In this document: positions 17,131 to 26,079 of the stretch, in pieces
How positions within the stretch are numbered: the first letter of the stretch is position 1
Layout: every line of letters begins with the position of its first letter
Assembly (NCBI RefSeq): GCF_000010065.1
Contig: NC_006576.1
Location: 1,140,001-1,172,000 of the forward strand
Direction: 5' to 3'
Length of the DNA stretch: 32,000 nucleotides
From: Synechococcus elongatus PCC 6301
GTDB lineage: Bacteria > Cyanobacteriota > Cyanobacteriia > Synechococcales > Synechococcaceae
Notes under the pieces: model-generated
Told to the model about the DNA's origin: nothing
Seen by the model: only the letters and a program-made list of their open reading frames with translations
Databases searched by the model: none
Translations under genes and position numbers: made by a program

Positions 17131-18945
17131 ATGACCGACGTTTCGGTTTCAAAAATTCGTAACTTTTGCATCATTGCCCACATCGACCACGGCAAATCGA
17201 CCCTGGCCGATCGCTTATTGCAAGAAACGGGAACGGTGCAAGCCCGCGAAATGAAGGAACAGTTCCTCGACAACATGGAACTGGAGCGGGAGCGCGGCAT
17301 CACGATCAAGCTGCAGGCAGCGCGGATGAACTACCGTGCTCAGGACGGCGAGCAGTATGTGCTCAATCTGATCGACACCCCCGGCCACGTTGACTTTTCC
17401 TACGAAGTCTCGCGATCGCTGCAGGCCTGCGAAGGGGCGCTGCTGGTCGTCGATGCCTCCCAGGGTGTAGAGGCGCAGACCTTGGCCAACGTTTATCTGG
17501 CCTTGGAAAATGATCTAGAGATCATTCCAGTCCCGAACAAGATCGACTTGCCTGGGGCCGATCCAGAACGGGTCAAGCGCGAAATTGAAGAAGTGATCGG
17601 GCTGGACTGTAGCGGCGCGATCGAAGCATCAGCTAAATCTGGCATCGGCATCGGTGAAATTTTAGAGAGCATCGTTCACTTGGTGCCGCCCCCCAGCGAT
17701 ACGACAGGGGAACCGCTGCGGGCACTGATCTTTGACAGCTATTACGACCCCTATCGCGGCGTCATCGTCTACTTCCGGGTCATCGACGGCACCGTCCGCA
17801 AGGGCGATCGCATCCGACTGATGGCTTCGGGTAAGGAATACGAGATCGACGAGCTGGGCGTACTTTCCCCCAACCAAGTTCAAGTCGAAGAATTACATGC
17901 GGGTGAAGTCGGCTACATTGCTGCTTCGATCAAAGCCGTGGCTGATGCACGGGTCGGCGACACGATCACCTTGGCAAGGGCCAGAGCGACCGAACCGCTG
18001 CCGGGCTACGTCGAAGCCAAGCCGATGGTCTTCTGCGGCCTCTTCCCGACGGATAGCGATCGCTATCCCGATCTGCGAGACGCCTTAGAAAAGCTGCAAC
18101 TTAGTGATGCGGCGTTGCAGTACGAACCGGAAACTTCCAGCGCTATGGGCTTTGGTTTCCGCTGCGGCTTCCTGGGGCTGCTGCACATGGAAATTGTGCA
18201 AGAACGGCTGGAGCGGGAATACAACCTCGACCTGATCACGACAGCACCGTCAGTGGTCTATCAAGTCACCACGCTGGATGGCGAAGTGCTGCGGCTGGAT
18301 AACCCCTCCAAACTGCCGCCGCCACAACAGCGCGAAAAGATTGAAGAGCCCTACGTCAAAGTTGAAATCATCACGCCCGAAAACTATGTCGGAGCCCTGA
18401 TGGATCTCTGCCAAACCCGTCGTGGCATCTTCATCGACATGAAGTATCTGACCCAAGAGCGGACGACGCTGATCTACGAAATGCCCTTGGCGGAGGTAGT
18501 GACGGACTTCTTCGACCAGATGAAGTCGCGCACCAAAGGCTACGCCAGCATGGAGTACTCGCTGATTGGCTACCGCGAAGGCGAGCTGGTGCGGATGGAT
18601 ATCCTAATCAATAGCGAGCCGGTCGATCCCCTCGCGACGATCGTGCACCGCGACAAGGCTTACTACGTGGGTAAGGCACTGGTGGAGAAACTGAAAGAGC
18701 TGATTCCCCGCCACCAGTTCAAAATTCCGCTGCAGGCCGCGATCGGCTCTCGCGTGATTGCCAGCGAAAGCATTCCGGCGCTGCGCAAAGACGTCTTGGC
18801 CAAGTGCTACGGCGGCGATATCAGCCGCAAGAAAAAGCTGTTGCAAAAGCAGGCCAAGGGCAAAAAACGGATGAAGGCGATCGGGACGGTGGATGTTCCC
18901 CAAGAAGCCTTCATGGCTGTCCTCAAGCTCGATCGCGAAGGCTGA
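17131..18945 (+). CDS. lepA: Translation elongation factor 4 (LepA)
   Basis: GTPase motifs [14 protein letters not shown] and NKID, plus the conserved LepA C-terminal domain. I chose the ATG at 17131 ([12 protein letters not shown]...) rather than the ORF-track start at 17032. Confidence 0.95.
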   Translation: MTDVSVSKIRNFCIIAHIDHGKSTLADRLLQETGTVQAREMKEQFLDNMELERERGITIKLQAARMNYRAQDGEQYVLNLIDTPGHVDFSYEVSRSLQACEGALLVVDASQGVEAQTLANVYLALENDLEIIPVPNKIDLPGADPERVKREIEEVIGLDCSGAIEASAKSGIGIGEILESIVHLVPPPSDTTGEPLRALIFDSYYDPYRGVIVYFRVIDGTVRKGDRIRLMASGKEYEIDELGVLSPNQVQVEELHAGEVGYIAASIKAVADARVGDTITLARARATEPLPGYVEAKPMVFCGLFPTDSDRYPDLRDALEKLQLSDAALQYEPETSSAMGFGFRCGFLGLLHMEIVQERLEREYNLDLITTAPSVVYQVTTLDGEVLRLDNPSKLPPPQQREKIEEPYVKVEIITPENYVGALMDLCQTRRGIFIDMKYLTQERTTLIYEMPLAEVVTDFFDQMKSRTKGYASMEYSLIGYREGELVRMDILINSEPVDPLATIVHRDKAYYVGKALVEKLKELIPRHQFKIPLQAAIGSRVIASESIPALRKDVLAKCYGGDISRKKKLLQKQAKGKKRMKAIGTVDVPQEAFMAVLKLDREG

Positions 18946-19556
18946 TGACCGTTCCCGATTCCGTCACCCCGTGGTGGCAACAACTCTGGCAGCACCAAAA
19001 GGAAAACCTTTTGTTAGTGCTGCTGGCCATCGTTCTAGCGCTGGTAATTCGCGGCTGGGTTGCGGAACCGCGCTTCATCCCCTCTGATTCCATGCTGCCG
19101 ACGCTGCACGTGGGCGATCGCCTACTCGTGGAAAAAATCAGCTATCAACTGCACACCCCCCAGCCAGGAGACATCGTTGTTTTTCAGCCTCCGCAGATTT
19201 TGCAGCAGGCTGGCTATGGCGCTGATCAGGCCTTCATCAAACGGGTGATTGCACGATCGGGGCAGACCGTCCAAGTTCACAAGGGTCAAGTCTGGGTGGA
19301 TGGTCAACCCTTGACAGAGCCCTACGTGGCGGAATTGCCTGCCTACGAGTGGGGGCCCTATCCCGTGCCCGAACATTGCCTGTTTGTGATGGGTGATAAC
19401 CGCAACAACAGCAATGACTCACACATTTGGGGGTTCTTGCCCGAGAGGAATGTCATTGGTCGCGCTTGGGTGCGCTTTTGGCCATTGGATCGTTGGGGAC
19501 GGGTGACAGCTCCAGCGATCGGAACCCGCCTCGAGCAGACTGCACCGCTCGGCTAG
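18945..19556 (+). CDS. lepB: Signal peptidase I (paralog 2)
   Basis: Begins [11 protein letters not shown]... and has a TM helix. Motifs are IPSDSMLPTL, FIKRVIARSGQ and GDNRNNSNDSHIWGF. Its ATG shares one base with the lepA TGA (TGATG at 18943-18947). Confidence 0.9.
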   Translation: MTVPDSVTPWWQQLWQHQKENLLLVLLAIVLALVIRGWVAEPRFIPSDSMLPTLHVGDRLLVEKISYQLHTPQPGDIVVFQPPQILQQAGYGADQAFIKRVIARSGQTVQVHKGQVWVDGQPLTEPYVAELPAYEWGPYPVPEHCLFVMGDNRNNSNDSHIWGFLPERNVIGRAWVRFWPLDRWGRVTAPAIGTRLEQTAPLG

Positions 19557-19583
19557 AGTGAAAACAGACAGATTTATTGGACG

Positions 19584-19886
19584 GTGATGATGAGTTCTTC
19601 GCTTGGTCTACTGCTCAACACGCTTTCAATCACCCTCAACATCTACTTTGTCCTGCTGATCATCCGCGTCTTACTGAGCTGGTTCCCTAACTTTCAGAGC
19701 AGTCAGTTCATGCTGATTTTGGGTCAACTCACCGATCCCTATTTGAATCTGTTCCGGCGCGTCATTCCGCCCTTGGGTGGCATGGACTTTTCACCGATTT
19801 TGGCCTTTTTCATCTTGCAAGCCGTGACCCAAGCCGTTCAACAGCTTGCCGTCCAAACCTCGGGCAGTTTTTCGGCTTTTTACTAA
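19584..19886 (+). CDS. yggT: YggT/Ycf19-family membrane protein
   Basis: 100-aa ORF with two hydrophobic segments and the YggT-like pattern IRVLLSWFP...LTDPYL...IPPLGGMDFSPI. The start could be GTG 19584 or ATG 19587. Confidence 0.8.
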   Translation: MMMSSSLGLLLNTLSITLNIYFVLLIIRVLLSWFPNFQSSQFMLILGQLTDPYLNLFRRVIPPLGGMDFSPILAFFILQAVTQAVQQLAVQTSGSFSAFY

Positions 19887-19917
19887 AGCTCGAATTAAGG
19901 CGATCGCTCGGTCCGGT

Positions 19918-20232
19918 TCAAGCCGCTTCTAGCGGTGCCATGGTCAGGCCTTCACGCCGCAACTGTTCGTGATAGAGCTCCGCTTGCTCTTGGGGGCCGC
20001 TCCAAACGGTGGCGGCTCCTTCGTAGTGGACCTGATTCGTGAGATCCCAAGCGCGATCGCCGGTCATGCCCGGAATGTATTTCAGCAGGCATTCCGCCAC
20101 GTGCTGAAACGTATTGACGTCATCATCGAGCACGATCACACGGAAGTGCGGATAGGGCTGGCGAACCCGCGTTGTCGTTGTACCCGGGGCAGTAGCTGGT
20201 GCGGCGATCGCTTGCAGAGAACAGGTCAACAC
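19918..20232 (-). CDS. clpS: ATP-dependent Clp protease adaptor ClpS
   Basis: The core reads [31 protein letters not shown]...AELYHEQL. The 167-aa ORF-track model (to 20421) runs through petN and its promoter. I prefer the in-frame GTG at 20232, which gives 104 aa. An ATG at 20328 is also possible. Confidence 0.7.
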   Translation of the reverse strand: MLTCSLQAIAAPATAPGTTTTRVRQPYPHFRVIVLDDDVNTFQHVAECLLKYIPGMTGDRAWDLTNQVHYEGAATVWSGPQEQAELYHEQLRREGLTMAPLEAA

Positions 20233-20266
20233 GGTCAAAACAAAAGCATCGTTTCTCGATCGTTTT

Positions 20267-20295
20267 TTAACACAAGGGCGAGGGACGCCTAGAAT
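20267..20295 (+). promoter_or_regulatory. Candidate sigma70-type promoter for petN (TTAACA-N17-TAGAAT)
   Basis: The -35-like hexamer TTAACA is at 20267-20272, followed by a 17-nt spacer. The -10-like hexamer TAGAAT is at 20290-20295, 31 nt upstream of the petN ATG. Confidence 0.4.
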
Positions 20296-20326
20296 ACTAA
20301 GAACGCTCTCATCAGGTTGGGGACTC

Positions 20327-20431
20327 ATGGAACTGTTGACCTTCGGTTGGGCCGCTTTGCTGGCTGTCTTCACGTTCTCGCTGGCAATGGTGGTCTGGGG
20401 TCGGAATGGCGACGGCAGCATTGGCTTCTAG
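20327..20431 (+). CDS. petN: Cytochrome b6f complex subunit VIII (PetN)
   Basis: Hand-translated 34-aa ORF: [34 protein letters not shown]. It matches the conserved PetN core (...LGW..L...[11 protein letters not shown]). Confidence 0.9.
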   Translation: MELLTFGWAALLAVFTFSLAMVVWGRNGDGSIGF

Positions 20432-20446
20432 GTCAGCGCGATCGCT

Positions 20447-20584
20447 ATGACTGAATTTTTACCGTCCATCTTGGCAGTGGTCGCCCTCAGTTTGATGGTG
20501 GCGGTTACTGCTGGTGTCATCTATCTCACCGCTGTCGATTGGCGAGATAAGCGTCGTCGGGCTCGCGAAGGCAGCTCCCGCTAG
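20447..20584 (+). CDS. Small (45 aa) single-pass membrane protein downstream of petN
   Basis: Hand-translated: MTEFLPSILAVVALSLMVAVTAGVIYLTAVDWRDKRRRAREGSSR. It starts 15 nt after the petN stop and has one TM helix plus a basic tail. The terminator at 20617-20652 follows it. Confidence 0.5.
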   Translation: MTEFLPSILAVVALSLMVAVTAGVIYLTAVDWRDKRRRAREGSSR

Positions 20585-20616
20585 CGATCGCGCCCATCCA
20601 TCGGCACTGAATGACC

Positions 20617-20652
20617 AAAAACCGCCACAGCGTTCTGCCATGGCGGTTTTTT
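20617..20652. terminator. Bidirectional rho-independent terminator
   Basis: AAAAA-CCGCCACAG-CGTT-CTG(CCA)TGGCGG-TTTTTT. The GC-rich stem has 9 bp with a 3-nt bulge and is flanked by A5 and T6. It sits between the convergent petN operon (+) and the OYE gene (-). Confidence 0.65.
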
Positions 20653-20677
20653 GCTAGGCAATTAATGCCGGTGTTGG

Positions 20678-21784
20678 TTAGACAGATGCTGCTTCCAAAC
20701 TGGGATAGTCGGTGTAGCCGTGCTCATCGCCACCGTAGAAGGTGTTGCGATCGTAGGGATTAAGGGGCGCATCTAAGGCAAAACGCTCCACCAGGTCGGG
20801 ATTGGAGATGTAGAGTCGGCCAAAGGCGACTAAATCTGCTGCTCCCGAGGCAATCGCGGCTTCAGCAGTCGAGCGACTGTAACCACCGGCGGCAATCACT
20901 GGACCGTTGTAGAGCGATCGGAACACCGGCGTTGCCATCTGGTTGAATTCAGGACTTTCCTCCGCCTTGTCCCAACGCGGTTCAATCCAGTGCAGGTAAG
21001 CCAGATTGTAAGGATTCAGCATCTGGGCGACATAGCTGAACAGACCGACGGGATCGGAGTCGCGCATGTCATTGAACTGGCCCCAAGGGGAGAGGCGTAG
21101 ACCAACGCGATCGCTTCCCCAAACACTGATCACGGCGTCGAGGACTTCGCGCAGGAAACGGCTGCGGTTTTCAAAGGAACCACCATAGCGATCGCTACGC
21201 TGACTGGTGCCATCCTGCGAAAACTGATCGATCAGATAGCCGTTGGCCCCGTGGACCTCAACACCATCAAAGCCCGCCGCTAAAGCATTTTCAGCCGCAC
21301 GGCGATAGTCTTCCACAACGCCCGCAATCTCCTCGGTTTCCAAAGCGCGCGGCGTCACAAAGGGCTGTTCTCCTTGGAAGGTTGCAGCCATGCCTGCTGG
21401 CTGAATTGCACTCGGAGCAACGGGCAGTGCGCCGTCGGGCTGCAGCGATGGATGGGAAATCCGCCCGACGTGCCAAAGCTGCAAGAAGATGCAGCCGCCA
21501 CGATCGTGGACGGCCTGCACAATCGGTTTCCACCCTTCAACCTGTTCAGGCGAGTGGATGCCTGGGGTGAGGGGGTAGCCCTGTCCTTGCGGTGAAATCT
21601 GACTGGCTTCCGTGATAATCAGCCCTGCTGAAGCGCGTTGCTGGTAATAGAGAACGTTCAGGTCGTTGGGGATATTGTCTGGCCCAGTGGCACGGTTGCG
21701 GGTCAGCGGCGCCATCACAATGCGATTGCGCAACTCGTAGCGACCGACTTGCACCGGCGTCAGCAGTTTGAGCGATTCGGACAT
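20678..21784 (-). CDS. Old Yellow Enzyme family NAD(P)H:flavin oxidoreductase (alkene reductase)
   Basis: 368-aa ORF. Motifs are MAPLTRNRA, FLQLWHVGR and HGANGYLIDQF, as in OYE, NemA and OPR enzymes. Confidence 0.9.
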   Translation of the reverse strand: MSESLKLLTPVQVGRYELRNRIVMAPLTRNRATGPDNIPNDLNVLYYQQRASAGLIITEASQISPQGQGYPLTPGIHSPEQVEGWKPIVQAVHDRGGCIFLQLWHVGRISHPSLQPDGALPVAPSAIQPAGMAATFQGEQPFVTPRALETEEIAGVVEDYRRAAENALAAGFDGVEVHGANGYLIDQFSQDGTSQRSDRYGGSFENRSRFLREVLDAVISVWGSDRVGLRLSPWGQFNDMRDSDPVGLFSYVAQMLNPYNLAYLHWIEPRWDKAEESPEFNQMATPVFRSLYNGPVIAAGGYSRSTAEAAIASGAADLVAFGRLYISNPDLVERFALDAPLNPYDRNTFYGGDEHGYTDYPSLEAASV

Positions 21785-21861
21785 AGGTCACAGCAGTTCA
21801 TCAAGATCGCTATCCTACGGAATTTTGTTCGAGCGATCGCTGTCTGCAGGGTTTCAGATCA

Positions 21862-22086
21862 TCACTGGGGTGGCACTGGCGGCTCATCAAGCGATTCGAT
21901 CAGTAAATCTAACTCGGCTTGCTTGTCGCGCAGGAAGCGATCGCATTGCTGCAGCCGTTGACTAGCCTGTTGAAACTGCTCCACTACCTCGGCTAGGGGC
22001 AGTTCACCACTTTCTAGTTGTTGGACAATTTGTTCAACTTCCGCGATCGCGGTTTCGTAGCTCCAAGCAGGTTTGGCTTTAGCCAT
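21862..22086 (-). CDS. xseB: Exodeoxyribonuclease VII small subunit
   Basis: 74-aa helical protein. SYETAIAEVEQIVQQLESGELPLAEVVEQFQQA matches the XseB pattern. No xseA lies nearby. Confidence 0.85.
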   Translation of the reverse strand: MAKAKPAWSYETAIAEVEQIVQQLESGELPLAEVVEQFQQASQRLQQCDRFLRDKQAELDLLIESLDEPPVPPQ

Positions 22087-22168
22087 TGCGCAATCCAGCA
22101 GTACTAATTTGAACTGTAGCGAGCAAGGGCGAGGCGATCGCTCCTCAGTGAGGCTGGACAGGCGTGCG

Positions 22169-22999
22169 TTATCCCTTCACACCACTGGCAGCCGCCGAAG
22201 GCACAATGTAGCGCTGCAGCGCCAAGAAAACGCCAAAGACCGGCAAAATCGACAACACTGAACCCGCCGCTACCAATCGCCAATCGAGGGAGAAGCCGCT
22301 GGCGAGGGTCGCGATCCCCAAGGGCAAGGTGTAGCGATCGGGCTCATCCAAAATGATCAGCGGCCAGAGGAAGTCACTCCAAGAGCCGATGAACACGAAG
22401 ATCGCCAGCGTAATCAGTGCAGGCCGCGCCGACGGAATCATCACATTCCACCAGACGCCCAAGTCATTGCAGCCATCGATGCGTGCGGCCTCTTCCAAGT
22501 CTTTGGGGATTCCTTGAAAGGCTTGGCGCAACAGAAAAATGCCAAAGGCCGAAGCCAAATAAGGGAAGACCAAGCCAAGGTAGGTGTTGCGCAGGCCAAG
22601 ATTGATGATCAGTACGTAGAGCGGAATCATCACCACCTGAAAGGGAATCAGGATGGTTGCCACAATCAGCAGAAACAAAGTTTGCCGCCCTTTAAATTCC
22701 AATCGCGCCAAGGGATAAGCGGCCAGGGAGCAAAACAGCAGATTAAGTCCCACCGTCAACAGAGCCACCCAGGTGCTGTTAAGGAAGTATTGCCCCAGCG
22801 GATTCTCAGTCCAGACGCGGCGGAAATTATCGAGCGTCGGTTGGGTGGGCAGAAACTGTGGCGGAAACTGAAAAATATCCTCACCAGCTGACTTGAAAGC
22901 CGTGCTGACCAGCCAGAGGAGCGGGATCAACATCGCCACCGCGATCGTCCCCAGCAGCAGGTAGAGCAGAAGCGATCGGAATCCAGCAGAGAGACGCAC
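22169..22999 (-). CDS. Carbohydrate-type ABC transporter permease (MalG/binding-protein-dependent family)
   Basis: 276-aa ORF with six hydrophobic segments. The EAA-loop-like motif is EEAARIDGCNDLGVWWNVMIP. It has a GTG start. Confidence 0.85.
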   Translation of the reverse strand: MRLSAGFRSLLLYLLLGTIAVAMLIPLLWLVSTAFKSAGEDIFQFPPQFLPTQPTLDNFRRVWTENPLGQYFLNSTWVALLTVGLNLLFCSLAAYPLARLEFKGRQTLFLLIVATILIPFQVVMIPLYVLIINLGLRNTYLGLVFPYLASAFGIFLLRQAFQGIPKDLEEAARIDGCNDLGVWWNVMIPSARPALITLAIFVFIGSWSDFLWPLIILDEPDRYTLPLGIATLASGFSLDWRLVAAGSVLSILPVFGVFLALQRYIVPSAAASGVKG

Positions 23000-23136
23000 A
23001 GCAGTATTTCCTGACCCGAATCGCTCTCAGCCTAGGCGAAGATGCGATCAGCGGGAAGTCTTCTCGCAAGATCGAGGGGCTTAGCCAACATTATTGAGCG
23101 ATGCTGCTCTTCCATCACAGGCACGCCAGCCTCGAT

Positions 23137-23676
23137 CTACAGCCCTGAAAAATCCTTCAAGACGCGCTGCCGACTGCGAGTTAACCAAGATTGGAGCGAT
23201 TCTGCTGCGACCGGTTGATCCAAGGTTGGTGGGGTCCAGCCTAAAGCGACCGTCTGTTTAACCAACCGATAACAGCCCCCATGCTGCTCAATCGACGGCA
23301 CTTCACAGCTGGCGGTTTCCCAAAGATGCGCTGGCCGTTGTCGCTGTAAGCGGACATGGTGACGTTGCCCATCGATTGCAGTGGGTGGTAGCAGGGCTGC
23401 TCCTTGCTGCTGTCGCCAGCGACGGTAGACCGGATTGAGTTGAGTGGCTTTGGCGGCAAAGGTTTGCAGAGAAGCCGTGAGCGCGCCAGCCTGTGCTGCA
23501 ATCTCAGCCGCTAGCCCATCGAGCTGAGCCAGCTCTTGCTGCATATCTGATGCCAGATCAGCAGGAAGGCTCTGAACCTCGGCTTCGAGCTGGGCGATCG
23601 CAGCATCCAACTCGGCCAGAGCCTCGGGTGCAGCAGGCCGAGGCGCCAATCTGCGGGGTTTAGTCTGCATGGGCAC
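23137..23676 (-). CDS. Hypothetical protein (Ala/Gln-rich coiled-coil N-terminus)
   Basis: 179-aa ORF with host-like codon usage. I recognise no motif. The start could be GTG 23676 or ATG 23670. Confidence 0.5.
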   Translation of the reverse strand: MPMQTKPRRLAPRPAAPEALAELDAAIAQLEAEVQSLPADLASDMQQELAQLDGLAAEIAAQAGALTASLQTFAAKATQLNPVYRRWRQQQGAALLPPTAIDGQRHHVRLQRQRPAHLWETASCEVPSIEQHGGCYRLVKQTVALGWTPPTLDQPVAAESLQSWLTRSRQRVLKDFSGL

Positions 23677-24216
23677 AGTCTCACGTTGCCGACAGCGTAG
23701 CGCGACCTTTTCCGCTCTGGGGAGCTTTTCAGCTAGTTGTGGATGAGCCGGGCAATGAGTCCACCCACATCAGAAAACTCATAATTCTTTATGTTTTTCT
23801 CATGCAAGAACAGCCCAATCCCCCATGTTTGGTAAGCCTCAATACAATTTGGGGGATCGAGCAATTACAGCTTGGGGCAGGGTTGAGGGCGATCGCGAGG
23901 TCTGATCTGAGCAGCTCTAAGCGTGGGTTTTTATCAGCGAATCTTGAGAATCCGAGTAAATTGGCAGCGACAAAAGTGGTTAATTTCTCAGATTTTAATT
24001 ACTGAAGATGCAATTAAATTTCTTGAATCCTATTAGCTAGAAGTACAGCCTTGGCTGACTAGGGCAGGGCTGACAGTGTCATTGCTGATCCCTCGAGTTT
24101 TCTTTAGGTTTTATTTAGAAGTGCAAAGTAGTACTGCTATTATTGGCTTACGCTGAAAGTCTTTGGATCATTCCGAGACTGACTCAGTCGCTGCTAACGG
24201 AGTCTAACGGTTAGCT

Positions 24217-25815
24217 ATGTTGGATGCTTCCATTTCGCCTGTTGTCCTGGTCATCTTGGATGGTTGGGGATATCGCAACGCTACTGAAGGCAACGCGATT
24301 CGTACGGCAGAGACGCCGATTATGGACGCACTCTGGGAGGCGTATCCCAGTACGCTGATTCACACCTCTGGTAAGGATGTCGGCTTGCCTGATGGCCAGA
24401 TGGGCAACTCGGAAGTGGGACACCTCAACCTTGGGGCCGGCCGGATTGTGCCGCAGGAATTGGTACGCATCACTGACGCCGTTGAAGATGGCAGCATCCT
24501 CGAGAATCCTGCCCTGCTCCAAGCTTGTAGCGCCGTTCGTCAGCATGGCAGCAAGCTGCATCTGATCGGTCTTTGCTCTGATGGTGGGGTGCATGCTCAC
24601 CTCGATCACCTCGGGGGCCTATTGAAGCTAGCAGCCGCTCAAGGCATTCAAGATGTCTATATCCATGCCATCACCGATGGCCGCGACACCAACCCCACTG
24701 AAGGCGTTAACTGCATCACCAAGATTGAACGCCTGATCGCCACTGCTGGTGTCGGTCAAATTGTCACGATCTGCGGCCGCTACTTTGCAATGGATCGCGA
24801 TCGCCGTTGGGATCGGGTACGCAAAGCCTACGAGCTACTGACCATTGATGGCGAAGGCTGCGGCCAAACAGCGACAGAAGTCTTACAGGAAACCTACGCC
24901 AAAGGGGTTTCTGATGAATTTGTGGAGCCGACGCGGCTTGCTCCAGGTGCGATCGCTCCGGGGGACGGCGTGATCTTCTTCAACTTCCGCCCCGATCGTG
25001 CCCGTCAGCTAACTTACGCTTTCGTGGAAGCCGAGTTCGAAGGGTTTGAGCGCGACCTGATCCAGCCACTCACGTTTGTCACTTTCACTCAGTACGACGC
25101 CAACCTCAATGTGCCGGTGGCGTTTGAACCCCAGAACCTAACCAATATTCTGGGTGAGGTGGTCGCCAATCATGGTCTGCGCCAGTTCCGCACGGCCGAG
25201 ACCGAGAAGTACCCGCACGTCACCTACTTCTTCAATGGCGGCATTGAGGAGCCTTTCCCTGGGGAAGATCGGGAACTGATCCCCAGCCCCATGGTAGCCA
25301 CCTACGATCGCGCTCCCAAGATGTCGGCGCAGGCGGTGACTGATGCCGCGATCGCCGCGATCGACAAGGGGATCTACTCGCTGGTGGTGATCAACTACGC
25401 CAACCCCGACATGGTCGGTCACACCGGCAAAATGGGCGCGACGGTAGAAGCCATTGAGACCGTCGATCGCTGTTTAGGAAGACTGGTGAGTGCGATCAAT
25501 CGGGCCGGCGGCACGGCTCTGATTACTGCCGACCATGGCAACGCCGAATACATGTGGGATGAAAACGGTGAGCCTTGGACTGCTCACACCACGAATTTGG
25601 TGCCGTTCATTGTGGTCGAAGGCGAGCGACGCAAGCTTCCCGGCTTTGGGACCGAAATCCCCCTGCGGGAAGATGGTCGACTCTCAGATATTGCACCGAC
25701 GATCCTGCAGTTGCTAGGACTACCGCAGCCAGTGGAAATGACGGGGCGATCGATGATTGAACCCGCCGCCTACGAAGTCAAGCAAGGGCGGACGCCGGTT
25801 AAAGTAGGAGTCTAG
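24217..25815 (+). CDS. gpmI: 2,3-bisphosphoglycerate-independent phosphoglycerate mutase
   Basis: 532-aa ORF. Motifs are LVILDGWG, the catalytic Ser context GQMGNSEVGH, ITDGRDT and ADHGNAE. Confidence 0.95.
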   Translation: MLDASISPVVLVILDGWGYRNATEGNAIRTAETPIMDALWEAYPSTLIHTSGKDVGLPDGQMGNSEVGHLNLGAGRIVPQELVRITDAVEDGSILENPALLQACSAVRQHGSKLHLIGLCSDGGVHAHLDHLGGLLKLAAAQGIQDVYIHAITDGRDTNPTEGVNCITKIERLIATAGVGQIVTICGRYFAMDRDRRWDRVRKAYELLTIDGEGCGQTATEVLQETYAKGVSDEFVEPTRLAPGAIAPGDGVIFFNFRPDRARQLTYAFVEAEFEGFERDLIQPLTFVTFTQYDANLNVPVAFEPQNLTNILGEVVANHGLRQFRTAETEKYPHVTYFFNGGIEEPFPGEDRELIPSPMVATYDRAPKMSAQAVTDAAIAAIDKGIYSLVVINYANPDMVGHTGKMGATVEAIETVDRCLGRLVSAINRAGGTALITADHGNAEYMWDENGEPWTAHTTNLVPFIVVEGERRKLPGFGTEIPLREDGRLSDIAPTILQLLGLPQPVEMTGRSMIEPAAYEVKQGRTPVKVGV

Positions 25816-25835
25816 TTACTTCTGTTTTTCGACCC

Positions 25836-26075
25836 ATGCTGCAAAATATCCTGCAATTCGTCTGGATGGGCTCAGCGGCTGGCCTAGTTGTGCTGGTGTT
25901 GCTCCATAGCCCCAAGGGCGACGGCTTGGGCGGTATTGGCGGTCAAGGTCAACTGTTTACGAGCGCCAAAAGTGCTGAGAGCACGCTCAATCGCGTTACC
26001 TGGACGCTGTTCACCCTCTTTCTGTCGCTGACGATTGTGCTCAGTGCAGGCTGGCTCAACCGCGCCGCTGGCTAG
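25836..26075 (+). CDS. secG: Preprotein translocase subunit SecG
   Basis: 79-aa ORF with two TM segments flanking a Gly-rich loop (SPKGDGLGGIGGQG). It starts 20 nt after gpmI. Confidence 0.85.
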   Translation: MLQNILQFVWMGSAAGLVVLVLLHSPKGDGLGGIGGQGQLFTSAKSAESTLNRVTWTLFTLFLSLTIVLSAGWLNRAAG

Positions 26076-26079
26076 TTCT

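Noticed and set aside
18804-18944. 47-codon N-terminal extension of lepB paralog 2
   Set aside because: It lies entirely inside the lepA 3' end in another frame. The ATG at 18945, coupled to the lepA stop, gives a normal signal peptidase N-terminus.
20459-20641. 60-aa minus-strand ORF between petN and the OYE gene
   Set aside because: The peptide is implausible. It spans the bidirectional terminator and lies antisense to a better plus-strand 45-aa membrane ORF.
23739-24005. 88-aa plus-strand ORF in the AT-rich spacer upstream of gpmI
   Set aside because: It has a GTG start and AT-rich codons unlike every confident gene here. The peptide is implausible and I recognise no motif. I treat it as non-coding spacer.
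26035-26079. ORF-track start of the metzincin gene inside secG
   Set aside because: It overlaps the secG 3' end by 41 nt. An in-frame GTG at 26080, right after the secG stop, precedes the signal peptide.
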